DNA of 64,000 nucleotides from positions 53,444,001 to 53,508,000 of the forward strand of contig CM060734.1 in assembly GCA_030704615.1 (NCBI GenBank). The letters run 5' to 3'. The notes under the pieces were generated by a model, which was not told the origin of the DNA, made no database searches, and saw only the letters and a list, made by a program, of their open reading frames with translations. Below, in pieces: positions 24,765 through 35,964 of this stretch. The position numbers were made by a program, and so were the translations under genes. Positions within the stretch are counted from its first letter, which is position 1, and the number at the start of each line of letters is the position of its first letter. The DNA is from Takakia lepidozioides (taxonomy: Eukaryota; Plantae; Bryophyta).

Positions 24765-27696
24765 TCAACGTTTCTTCCGCTTTTGAGGTCGCCATTCGAA
24801 AGCTGCAACCGCCTCGGATGCGTTTCCCATTTCTGAGGCACGCACCCAAAATGCCTCCACATGATAATAGCCCTTCCATTTCACGAGATATTCCATTTCT
24901 TGATTCTTGAACCTCCTCGACTTAAGCACTGCCTCCACCTCGTACTCGGGTTCATTTTCATGATCCAATAGCACAGGTGGCGGACGCAACACTTGATGCT
25001 GATTTGGACGTGCTTCATCTTTGAAGTAAGGCTTCAAAATGAAGACGTGGAATACCGGGTGCACCTTGATGTTTGCCAGCAGCTCCAATTCATACACGTC
25101 TCATTCATAACCTTTCGGATGCGAAAGGGTCCCGCATACGGAGGTACGAACTTCGGACTCACTTCCGGAGGTAGTCAAAAATTCTTGATGTTCAACCAGA
25201 CCTCCATGCCTACCTCAAACTTAACTTCCCTCCGCTTCCGATTCGCCTGCCATTTATACCGTTTCCTAGCTTTGGCAATGTTGTACTTTGCGAGCTTCAA
25301 CAAACGCTCGCGTTCTTCCAGTACCGCCGTTGTTGCCGGTTCCTCAACATCCTGGGCGGCCCAACTTGTCGGCACCAGAGGTGCCTTTCCATAGACCAAT
25401 ACGAAAGGGGAAACTCCCGTTGCGGAGTGTTTTGTGTTATTATAACAAAACTATGTCGCGTCCAAGTGCTCCACCCAGTCTGATTGGTCTGCCGACACGT
25501 AATTCCGCAATATCTGCTTCACCACGGAATTCACTCTTTCCGTTTCGCCGTCCGTCGTAGGTCGGAAGGCGGTGCTCATCTTGAGCCTCGTCCCCATCTT
25601 CTTCCAAAATGCCCTCCAAAATTTACTCGTAAACTTTGGATCACGGTCCGAGACAATATCCTTCGGGAGTCCATGATGCTTGAAGACATGGGCGAAGAAA
25701 AGTCGCCCCGTCTCCTGCGCCGTTGCCGTCTCCTTGGTGGGGATGAAATGACCCATTTTACTGAACCTATCCACCATCACCATGATCGCATCGAATCTAT
25801 TTAACAGCGGCATAGCAGTCATGAAATCCATCGAGACACTTTCCCAAGACCCCTCTGGAAATTGGCAAGGGTTGTAACAGCCCCGCTTGCTTTTTGTACT
25901 CGCTCCGGTTTTCTTGGCATGTGGTGCATGTCTTGACATACTCCTCGGCCTCCTCCCTTAGTTTGGGCCAGAAATACTCTTTCTTCAAGAGTGCCGCGGT
26001 GCGCTTGGCTCCGCTGTGGCCCGCAAGCGGGCCATCATGGCATTCTCTCAAGAGACTATCTCTGATCCCTCCCTTCGGCACGTAGAGACGCTTTTGCTTA
26101 TACCGGAGCAGTCCATTTTTGCAAGTAGAATTGCGATTTAACCCCCATCCTCAAGTCCCACATCACAGACTTCGTCATCTCATCCTTCCGGTAAGCCTTC
26201 CGGATCTTCCTTTGGAGGTCCGTCTCGCCCCTGTACACCAACATGAGCTGCTGCTTTCTACTTAAAGCATCGGCCACCACATTGTCACGTCCCGGTTTGT
26301 ACTGGATATCCACGTCGAACACCGCCAAAGTATCTTGCCACCTAAGTTGTTTTGGGGTCAACTTAGGCTGCGTGGCAAAATACTTCACCGTGACATTGTC
26401 CGTGAACACCTTCACCGGGTTGGAACCAACATAGTGGCGCTAAAGCTCAAGGCAATGCACCACCACCTTCATTTCCTTCTTATGCGTAGACCACCGTCGC
26501 TCCACTTCATTCAGTTTTTTACTTTCGTAAGCCACTGGACGTTCATCCTGTATGAGTACACCCCCTATTGCGAAGTCCTGCGCATCCGTATATTGAATCA
26601 CAAATGGATGGTTGAACTCCGGGATTTTGAGGACTGGAGCTTCCGCCATCCGCTACTTCAACTCGGCAAAAGCTTGGCCACAAAAGGTATTCCATACCCA
26701 GACTTTGGATTTACACATAAGGTCCGACAACGGCCCCATGATCTTGGCGAAATTTCTCACATACTTCCGGTAATAGGAGACGAGTCCTAGGAAGGATCGC
26801 ACTACCGGGACCGATGTCGAAGGCTCCCAGTCCAAGATCACTCTCACCTTTCTGTCATCCATTTTGATCCCATCTTGTGCAATCACATGCCCCAGGAACT
26901 CCACTTTTGTGACCCCGAATTCACACTTTGAAGCTTTAGCATACAGCTTCTATTCCCGCAATTTCTGGAACACCCTTTTGAGGTGTTCCAGGTGCTCTTC
27001 CTTTGTTTTTGAGTACACCAATATGTCGTCGATGTATACGATCACAAAGTCATCCAACCACTCTTGGAAAAGGCTGTTCATTAGCGTGCTAAAGGTCGCG
27101 GGTGTGTTGGTGAGCCCAAAAGGCATCACCAAGAATTCATACAAACCATATCTTGTCCTGCACGCGGTCTTCTCCTCATCTCCTTCCGCCACTCGGATCT
27201 GATGATACCCGGACCGTAAATCGATCCGGCTGAAATACTTCGCTCCTGCCAACCGATCGAAGAGGTCGTCGATCCTTGGCAAAGGGTATCGTTTCTTGAT
27301 AGTCACCTTATTCATGGCCCTGTAATCAACACACATCCGCAGCGTCCCATTCTTCTTGTCTGCGAATAGCACCGGGGCTCCGTAAGGTGACTTACTCGGC
27401 CGGATGTACCCCTTTGACATTAAATCCTTGAGCTGAGCCTTTAGCTCGACCAACTCTCTGTGGCTCAACCGGTAGGGCGCCTTGGTAGGTGGCTCCAATC
27501 CCGGTATCACCTGAATCTTGTGGTCAACTCCTCTTCGCGGTGGCAAGCCGCTTGGTAAATCCTCCGGCATCACATCCTGGTATTTCTCCAGAATCCCCTT
27601 GATCCAATCTGGGCTCGGCTCCCCATCGCCTTCTCCCTTCACTTGTCTTACATAAAGCAAAAACTGGGGCTCGTGTGACTCCTCCACGGCCCACTC
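24765..27696 (-). pseudogene. pol (RT-RNase H-integrase-chromodomain) with several stops/frameshifts
   Basis: [58 protein letters not shown]...CTTC, SMDF...VDRFSK, YEVEAVL...YLVKWKGY. Confidence 0.95.
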
Positions 27697-28377
27697 CCTT
27701 TCTCCGAAAGGAAAATCAGGTGCAACGCCTTATGGCGAACAAAAGGCGACCTTCGATGGAGTGTGCTTTAATTGCGGGGAGCCTGGGCACATGGCTAAGA
27801 AGTGTGCAAAACCCCGACAATTGAACATGACTCGGGCGACCACAGAGCTGTCGGAAGATTTCATCAGCCGCTTGGTGGAAGCGGTGGTCACCAAGACTTG
27901 TAAGGTAGGCAACTACTCTTGTGAGTTGTATCAGGAAACTGACGCCCTGCATAAAGGGAGTCAGTTATTGTTCGTGAGTGGGATAATTTTTGGAACTAAC
28001 GTGTCGTTGTTGGTGGACACAGGAGTGACACCGGCAACGACACGGAAGCTGGGACTCCCGACAAGTGATGCGGGGGCCTCTATTGAGGTGCGTTCTACTA
28101 AAGGAAAACCACAATTGGCGACAACGTTGGCGTTCGATGTTCCTCTTCAGCTCGGGAGTTGGGAGGGACGTGAGAATTTCACCATTTGCGAGATCGATGG
28201 AGTGGATCTCATTTTGGGGATGACCTTTTTGTGCAGATCCGGAGCGGTCATAGATGGCCGCAAGAGAGTAGTCACGCTACCGTGTGGGCGTGGCAAAGTT
28301 TTACGGGTGTCAGAAATGTCCAACCCCGTGGGAGGGCGAATAAACCTGCTATCGGGTGTCGTCTTAGCGTGTGAAGG
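27697..28377 (+). pseudogene. Inverted internal segment of the retrotransposon: gag CCHC zinc knuckle and aspartic protease
   Basis: Plus-strand CFNCGEPGHMAKKC and LLVDTG...DLILGMTFL, while the rest of the element is on the minus strand. Confidence 0.93.
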
Positions 28378-29306
28378 CCTCCCTTCAATTTCCACGTGCC
28401 ATTGTCGCCGCGTAGCCTATCCCACTTCTTTTCCGGTCGAAAGGAGTCACCCTCCTGCCGGGTCTTCTTGTGGTTCAGCTCCGTACGGCCTTGTCTTTCG
28501 CCCCTAGGGACATCCGAGAAACATTCAGCCCTCTCAATTGCCTCGTTCAAAGTCTTAGGTGGCTTCTCCTCCAACTTCCGCCTGGCCCATGGGGCCAGTC
28601 CCGCCACAAAGTTGAAGACCATTTCTGGTTCTGCCATGTCCGCGACTTCGAGCAACAGCACATTGAAAACTTGAACATATCCCCGAATGTCATCCGTTTG
28701 CTTCAAATTCCTCATCTTCTCCCAGGCGAGCCAGGACGCATTGAGGGGCACAAATTGTCTCTTCATCGGTTCCTTGAACCCACTCCAGTTCAAGGTTTCC
28801 GGGTTTGGACCTCGGTCGTGAAGGCGTTTCTGCCACCATTGTTGAGCATAGCCCCTCAAATAGGTGGGAGCCACTTCCACCCGATCCTTGTCACTCAACT
28901 TGGTCGCCCGGAAGTACTGCTCTAGCTCCAAGAGCCAGCTGTTGAGTGCCTTCCGATTTCGGACCCCCTCGAAGGTGCCAGGTTCCTTAGGCTTCACCTT
29001 AAACTTTGCCTTAGTGGAAGTGGCATTAGCCGCCTTCAACACGTCTTTCAACGTCCCGCCAAACTGCGCCAACAACCCTTCCCAAAAGACTGCTGGCATG
29101 GGAGGCATCTGTTGGTCTGTCGGACCTCTCAGGGATTCCTCGGGCTCCGACTCCTCATATTCCTCCCGTTCTTGAGCGGCCTCGCTTTCAAAAGCATGCA
29201 TCGCTTCCTCAAATGGCCGCTTCGGTGACACGTCGCCCCCATCGGGCTCACCAGGATCATCATCTTTCGGGCCGTTCCGCTTTCGCTTTGGCTTGCCCGC
29301 CCCCAT
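28378..29306 (-). pseudogene. gag (Retrotrans_gag capsid domain)
   Basis: PGTFEG.R...NSWLLELEQYF...YLRGYAQQWW...W..FK...KRQF...LKQTDDIRGYV..F. Confidence 0.92.
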
Positions 29307-29347
29307 GATGAGGCCAATCCCAAGGACAATCACTTACTGAACTCTAA

Positions 29348-29359
29348 GCTCTCATACCA
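29348..29359 (-). promoter_or_regulatory. Primer-binding site, tRNA-iMet type (1 mismatch)
   Basis: Minus strand TGGTATGAGAGC, 2 nt inside the 5' LTR; canonical sequence is TGGTATCAGAGC. Confidence 0.85.
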
Positions 29360-29361
29360 AC

Positions 29362-30063
29362 TGTCGCGCACCTCACTTCAGTAAGCTCCCCTTCAAGTCA
29401 TAGTTACTTGCTTTGATGCGCGCGCCTAACTCCTAACCTGGCCGCCGGGCCAACTCGGAGCTTCAGCTGCTCACCGGGACATAACGGTCCCCTTTTACTC
29501 TTCCAAAAGACCCTCCACCAATTTGGGCCTAGTGGAAATTCCCTTTGGTAGATGGCAGTCCGGAATAGCTCCCCACTCCTTGGTCGCTTTCCGGCTCGCT
29601 CGCTTACTCACTAGTTTTTGGTCACCAACGGGCTTGCACCGTTCTCGGGGTTACTACTCCCTATATATACTTCTGTGACTGTCCGCGGGGGTTTCACAAA
29701 CAATCCTGCCATTTTATGGCGAACCACCACGAAGACCCTCGACTCCCGGTGAGTCGTGGCCCACCCACCACGGCCCCATTGGACCGTGATGGGTCCCAAG
29801 ACTCCCCACGACTCCCACCACAAGGTCTCCGCCCCATGATGAGTCATATGTCACCCCCACTAAGCTACCACCACCCCTTGTGGAGCCACCCCCACCGCAA
29901 CCCGGTGTGCGGGGCTCCACCTAGTGAGCGCCTCAGCCTCCTTGAGTGCCTTGGGCACTCAAGGGTGCTTCAGCCCCCCGTACCTATTGCTGCCACCGCC
30001 CCCACCACAGAGGCAGCCCCTCTGCGTCCCGATCCCCTGCCCTCAAGGCAAAGGGCCGCGACA
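29362..30063 (-). repeat. 5' LTR (~702 bp)
   Basis: TGTCGCG...CGCGACA terminal inverted 7-mer; 8 differences, all transitions, from the other LTR in the first ~140 bp. Confidence 0.95.
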
Positions 30064-32715
30064 CTACATCTATGAATCACAAAAGCAATCTAAATATATA
30101 TATACACATATAAAGATTTCCTTCAAGAGCCTTCTAGCTCCTTCTAAGGGGGTCTCTCTTGTGACGTCGGGGAGTTGCAACCTCCACAGCCTTAGTGCCA
30201 AGCCCCAGCCCCAGCCCCAGCATCAGCATCGTCGCCGTTGTTGCACCCGCCCACCGCCAGGCGCCCCAAGCGACGTCCTTGTGATGACCTTAGCTGACCA
30301 CAACACCATTGCGACCCCCTGTGGCGACGCCGTTGCGACCCCCTGGCGTTGCAACGTTGGGCGTCCCAGCGCGGGGCGCCCCCAGCGACACTTTGTGAAG
30401 TTGAAGGCCACAAAGCCCCAAAAAAAAAAAAAAAATATCACTATGGTGATGCTGTTGCAACGCCCTGGCGTCGCAGAGGCGCTGGGGCGCCCTTAGTGAC
30501 GCTTTTGCGACGCCGAGGCGTCGCAACGTCGAATATATATATATAATTTCCGACGCCGAGGCGTTGCAAGAAAAAAAAATCCGTCGCAGCAAGGGCCCTC
30601 TTTCCCCCTTCATGCCACCTTACAATGGCTGGGCGTCGTAACGGTGTCGCGCGGGGGATTGTGACGCCAGGGCATCGCAAAAAAAATGCCGCGGGCTCGG
30701 CATCGCAAGCTCAGCGACGCATGGGGCGTGGGGGCATGGGGGCGCGGCTGGCGTCGCAAACCCCCCTCATTTGCTGTAGTGATTCTACAGTTGGACATGG
30801 CCATTGTGAGAGAACACTCCCAGCTGCTAGCAGAGCAAGGAGTGCTTATACATTTTCCGGGCAGAATCCGCGACAAAGTCTTTGCTAGGGAATGGGCCAC
30901 GGAGCATCTCGGTGCACATGGAGGACTTACCTCCCATTTTTGCGTCGCCCTGGGAGGGGGCTTCTATTCCATTTTGCTTAGCTCTCTGGAGCAGGCCGCC
31001 AAAGCATTGCGCTTTAAACGTCAGCCTCTCAAGGTGTCGAGTTTACATTATCCCCTCGACGCCCGAATGGGGCCATAAAAAGGGTGTTTCATGCAAGCCA
31101 CGGGTGCTGGCTTTACCCTTCCTTCCTGGGAACTATCTTCGCTCACTCCCCAAAATTGGAGCTCACTTCATAGCTTACATCGGCGTCATGAATGTGTACA
31201 ATCACATGGAGGAGGATGTAGTCTCCCGTGCTAACGATATGCAGGCTTATGAAGCCCACAAAGATGGTGGTCGTTTGTCACAGTTAAAGTTCAAGAGATT
31301 GTCCTTCCAGTCATCTGTTTTCACTGCAATGTTGAGGGCCACGTTAAATCGAATTGCCCGGTTTTATTAAAGGCCAAAGCTAACGTTGTTCATTTCATGG
31401 ATGCTCCATGTGCCCGAGACATGCAGGGGTTACAAGGAGGGTCGTCCCTGAAGACAGCTGATGTTACTCCGCCAGCCCAGCCCCAGGCTAAGAGGGCAAG
31501 GATTGACCTCTCCTTCCTCCATCAGCCCGAGGGTGTTCCTGCTATCTTCGCCCTCTCAGGGACCTCCTCCGATCTCTGCAGATATCCCAGCCATCTTTCC
31601 CTTGGCCGCTCAGGGGGGAAGGGAAATTTTGGCTTCCTTTTGTCTTCAACTCAGATCCTTCGCAGACGTTGCCCTGCCGGATGCCTCTCACTTGGTGGGA
31701 CACCAGTCAGTGGCTATCAACATCTCGCCCATCATTTTTGGGTTTCCGGAAGGCGCAACGTCTATTCTTCTCTTAGGGAGTAATAAAATTGCCTCCGCTC
31801 AAAGAAGGATGTTCTCTCCTTAGCTCCGGGCAAGGAGCTGGAGCTTATTCTCAGCAAAATCAGGGAGATTTTCGCCACTTCCCTCCTCCTATTCGATTTA
31901 TCTTCAAAAACTGCTGTCTATTTTGGATCTCGGATTCATCAGTCGGCATCCAAGAAAATGTTTTTCGTTCAAGTGCTCCCTGTGTTGAGGTTTTCTGACG
32001 TTTCCGACTTGCAGTATGATGCAATTTCGCAAAAATGGCTCTCGAGCTCCAGCGTCCCCTCGGAGTTGGGATCACCCGCAGGACGGCCCTACCTGCTGGC
32101 AACTTATGACGTGGGATTGAAATTGGTGGAGGCGTTCCGTTCCTCTCAGAAGTACTCCCACACCATAGACAAGCCGTTGCAATCTGGCGACCTCACGCTG
32201 GTGCCAATTCCGGATGCCGATAATTCTTCCTTCTGCTTGGGCCTCTGGATCTGGCCATTCCCAGCCCACCAGCGGTGAGCTCTGGCAGCCTCATGATCCC
32301 ACTCTTTATCTTCTATGAAGGCTGTTCTCCCTCCCATGGATTGGTTCGTCTGCAGTGAATGCTAACCCTTCTTTGGTTCTGCCGGCGTTGAGACACTCCC
32401 GTTCGTGCCCGGTGTCTAGAGCTCTTCATTTCATCTCTTGTTTTTTGGGAGTCCCCCTGCAGTCACTTAGGGATTGCAACGAAATCAGGGATATTCAAAA
32501 CGATACCAGTAGAGTCGGGGGTGTTCGATCTGACCGTGTTACAATATGGTTTGTTGGTTCTCTGAAAGCTCTAGCTCCTACGGGAATCAATTGGATGCCT
32601 TCGAGGCTACCTGCTCATCCCAGACTGATGTTCGAAGTCACCAATCTCCATCCATCAGATCGTGACAACCTCACGGGCTTTCAAGCTCTTCCTCCAAAAC
32701 TTGGAACCTCTATTC

Positions 32716-34353
32716 TTGGAATATTAGGGGAATAGGATTGGATGCTTTGGTTCCTAAGAGAGGCAAAATTAGGAATTGGGAGTTGCTTTCCTTCAATTCT
32801 ATAGTCTTTTTGCAGGAGCATAAATTAGATGCTAGGAAAATTATCTCGCTAGGGCATTCCATTTGGCCAAGCCCCACCTCTTGGTAGAACCCTACTGTTC
32901 AGGAAACCAAAGGTGGAACGGCAATCCTCATCGCGCCATCTCTGGCCTCCAGCTTTGATAGAGTTGTTATTTGGCTGCAAGGTCGTGCTCAGTGTGCATC
33001 TCCAAGGAGAATACACAATTTATTTCTCCAACTGTCTCTACCCATAGCAACATCGTTATTCGGAGACGGCCTTGACATGTCAGATTCAATTTGTTCATTG
33101 AATTTTTGATGGTAATCAGCCCCAAATGTCAATTCGACCTCCGAGAACCGAGGAACCTCATTGTTGGTGTTGGTGTCAGTCCCAGTATCTTTTTGAATTT
33201 GCACCACATCCCAAACGACAGGTGTTCCGGTTGCTTCTCCCAAAGAGTCCGCATCCATGTGCGGATATGGCAACGACACAGAAGAATGTGCCGGATCGCA
33301 AGACACTATAATAACAGATATTGTGGACCCGTTTAGCTGTCGTCCATGGCAACTTCCGCAACCAGTCACGCTGAGACATTATGCTGTTGCGACGATAAAG
33401 TTCGAGCCGATAGGCTAGGCAACTCTGCTCAGAGCCTTTCCCCTGAAGAGCAATCGGCTTGGGGCTCTATCTGTTTTTCGGTTGGTCTATCTGATTCCTT
33501 CCTTCCTGATCTTCGTTCCCTCATATTCACTTGGGCGAATAATAGAGCTCCTCCTGACTTAGCCATGGCTAGACTTGACAGGATATATTGTTCCCCTCTC
33601 TTGGCGACTTGGGCTTGCCCTGTCCCTTTGCCCCCTATCATGCCGGACTTTGATCATGCTATGGTTTCAATTGTGTTCAAGCCTCCTGGGATTCATCGGA
33701 GAGGTAGGGGCTTCTTGAAACTGAATCCAGTGCTTCTCCGATCTCCCACGCTAGTTCAAAAGCTTGCTTTAGAATGGAGGACCTCTGTTAATTCCTTTTC
33801 TTCCCCCACCATTAGATTCTTGCACAAATTGGATGCCACTACAAAACTATCCCAATCCCTGTCTAGAGCTCTGGCTTTGGAAAGGGCCAGGAAAGAGAAA
33901 GCTCTCCTCAAATGCATCTCCCATTGCCAATGGCTCATAGAGACGGACAAAGTTGGTCCCATGACCCTTCATTCATATCATTTAGCCAAACGCAACCTGT
34001 TGGAGCTCCATTCTCTCAAGGAAGAGAATATGAGAAGGAAGGCGGGGGTTAACTGGTCCTTGCATGGTGAAAAGATGTCAGCTTACTTTTTCTAGAAATC
34101 AAGGCAACGCCAGGCTTCTTCATCCATTTGCTCTCTAAGAAACATGATGAATGTTCCTCTGTCTAGCCCTAAGTCCATGGCAACTGCGGCAGCTGAGTAT
34201 TTCGGTACTCTCTTCGATCGGCCTCCTGTCACCGACGGCATTCTAGCAAATAGGCAGCTGGTCCTCCAATCTATCCCCAAGGTTCTTGAGCCACAACACA
34301 ATCTAGTTCTCAATGAGCCATTTTCAGAAGATGAGCTTCTTAGAGCAATTGAT
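32716..34353 (+). pseudogene. LINE ORF2 N-terminal part (APE endonuclease and linker), containing foreign patch 32993-33408
   Basis: SWNIRG, FLQEHK, GGTAILI, FTWANN, ARLDRIY, DHAMV, WSLHGEK...YFF, NEPFSEDELLRAI; breaks off just before the KAPGIDG motif. Confidence 0.88.
32993..33408 (-). repeat. Dispersed copy of 37438-37851 (transposase N-terminal segment)
   Basis: Near-identical sequence from CATCTCCAAGGAGAATACACAATTT to GAGTTCGAGCC at both places, same orientation. Confidence 0.95.
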
Positions 34354-34384
34354 TGGAAGAGTGTCATGTAGATTCAGCTATAAA

Positions 34385-35290
34385 GTCATTGAACCAAGCT
34401 AGAATTAGGTTTTAGGTTATAGAGTTTGCTAGGGTACATTGAGACATAGTACTTGGTATGAATGGAAAAGAAAATAAGGGAAAGTGTACAGATGACTTGG
34501 CACCTATGAAAATTTGTTAATGAAATATCCCAACCACATATTGTATCCAAATTTCTATGAGGAATGTGAATCAAACAGTGGAGTTTGGTTTAGGGTTGAG
34601 GGTTTTATAAAACTGTAAATGGACAAACAATTATGGAGTTTGAGTCTTTACCATACATAGAACAATTCATGAAATATTATCCCCACCACTTCGACCGTAC
34701 CCAAAATTGGAAGTAATAAATAAATAAGCATCAAACATTGAAATTAGGTTTTAGGGTATAGAGTTTGCGAGGGTACTAACCATAATACTCGGTATGAATG
34801 GAAAAGAAAATATTGGGAAGGGTACAGATGACTTGTCACCTATGATTTAGGGTTTAGGGAATAAAATTTCCCAACCACAGATTGTATCTACTTGGAGTTA
34901 CGTTTAAGGGCTTAGGGTTTAGGGTTTAGAGAACTATAAATGGACAAACAATTATGGAATGTGAGTCTTTACGTGGAGGTCGTACAACAATTCAAGAAAT
35001 ATCCCCTCCACTTCGACCGCACCCCAAACTGGAAGCAATAAATTAAATAGGCATCAGACATTGGAATTAGGTTTTATGGTACAGAATTGAGTAGTGTAGT
35101 AAACATACTATTGGGTATGAATGAACCAAAAAATCTGGGAAAGTGTACAAGTGACTTGTCACCTAAGAAATTAGACTTGAATGAAATATCCCAAGGGCTA
35201 TTCTATTATGCCCAACCTTGTAACCCTTGAAGAATGCGCATCAAACATTCGAATTAGGTTTAGGGTATATGGTTTAAGGTGAGGACAATG
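34385..35290. repeat. Degenerate ~330-bp tandem repeat (~3 copies) rich in telomere-like TTAGGG/TTTAGGG words
   Basis: GAATTAGGTTTTAGG...GGTATGAATG..AAAAGAAAA...TACAGATGACTTG.CACCTA recurs at ~34401, 34740 and 35063; TTAGGGTTTAGGGTTTAG at ~34912. Confidence 0.8.
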
Positions 35291-35964
35291 TAAGGACTGA
35301 AGGCCCCAGAAGTATTGTCTTTAGAAAGTTCTAATAAGATAAGCAGACCCAAGATAAATTTAATTGAGATGACACAGAATAATGGGTGGCAAAGCGAGGT
35401 TCAAGACTGATTAGTGTCGAAGAAAATTGAGAAGAATCTTAAGATAGTCCTCTGTACTTGAAGCCAAACTTACAGAAAGCTACTGACGAGTAATGGGAGA
35501 AGATTCACAAGATTCACAAGCAGTAAACCGCGAGAAAGCCTGTCCATTGAAGCAACAACTTTCACAAATTGCCACGCGGTTTATACTCGGGACATTTTTT
35601 AGACCAATCATATTGAGCCCAACAATACGACCATGTGGACCGAGAATGAAAGAGATGGGCGAAACTGTTGAGGAGAAGACACTTTGGTGAGAACCAAAGA
35701 ACCAAAAGAAATGGGTGTAATGTGAGAGAGGAACTGCAAAGAGAATGAAGCAGTGACATTAGGAAAACTAGGAATTCCGGATGATCACTCGAGGTTCCTG
35801 AAACGTTACAGAGATGAGGTCCGGAAAAAGCTGGTGGCTGGCAAAGAAAGTAGATTAATATTTGAACACGTGAAGATAAACAAATGGAGAGTGGAGGTAA
35901 AATATTAGTTTTATTCTTGAAAACATGTCGAGGAGTGAACCTCCACAATATGTCCTTGTCAACC

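Larger units (their letters stand above)
23151..30063 (-). mobile_element. Full-length Ty3/gypsy chromovirus LTR retrotransposon (defective)
   Basis: Two LTRs with TGTCGCG...ACA ends; 5-bp TSD CTACA (23146-23150 and 30064-30068); gag, PR, RT (YIDD), RNase H, integrase (H-H-C-C, DRDPKF) and chromodomain in gypsy order. Confidence 0.97.
22702..30781. mobile_element. Non-autonomous CACTA (En/Spm) element, ~1.16 kb without the nested LTR element
   Basis: Left end CACTACAAGAAAAAG(n)TTGCGACGCC; right end reverse-complement CACTACAGCAAATGAGGGGGGTTTGCGACGCC; 3-bp TSD ATT on both sides; many subterminal GCGACGCC/GGCGTCGC motifs. Confidence 0.93.
22478..31370 (+). pseudogene. LINE ORF1 (DUF4283-like), interrupted by CACTA insertion 22702-30781
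   Basis: Removing the CACTA element and one ATT restores the frame: ...SDENQP-I-LQLDMAIVREHSQLLAEQGVLIHFPG...FCVALGGGFYSILLSS. Confidence 0.75.

Noticed and set aside
30062-30068. CACTACA as a second CACTA terminus
   Set aside because: Chance product of the LTR end CA plus the CTACA target-site duplication.
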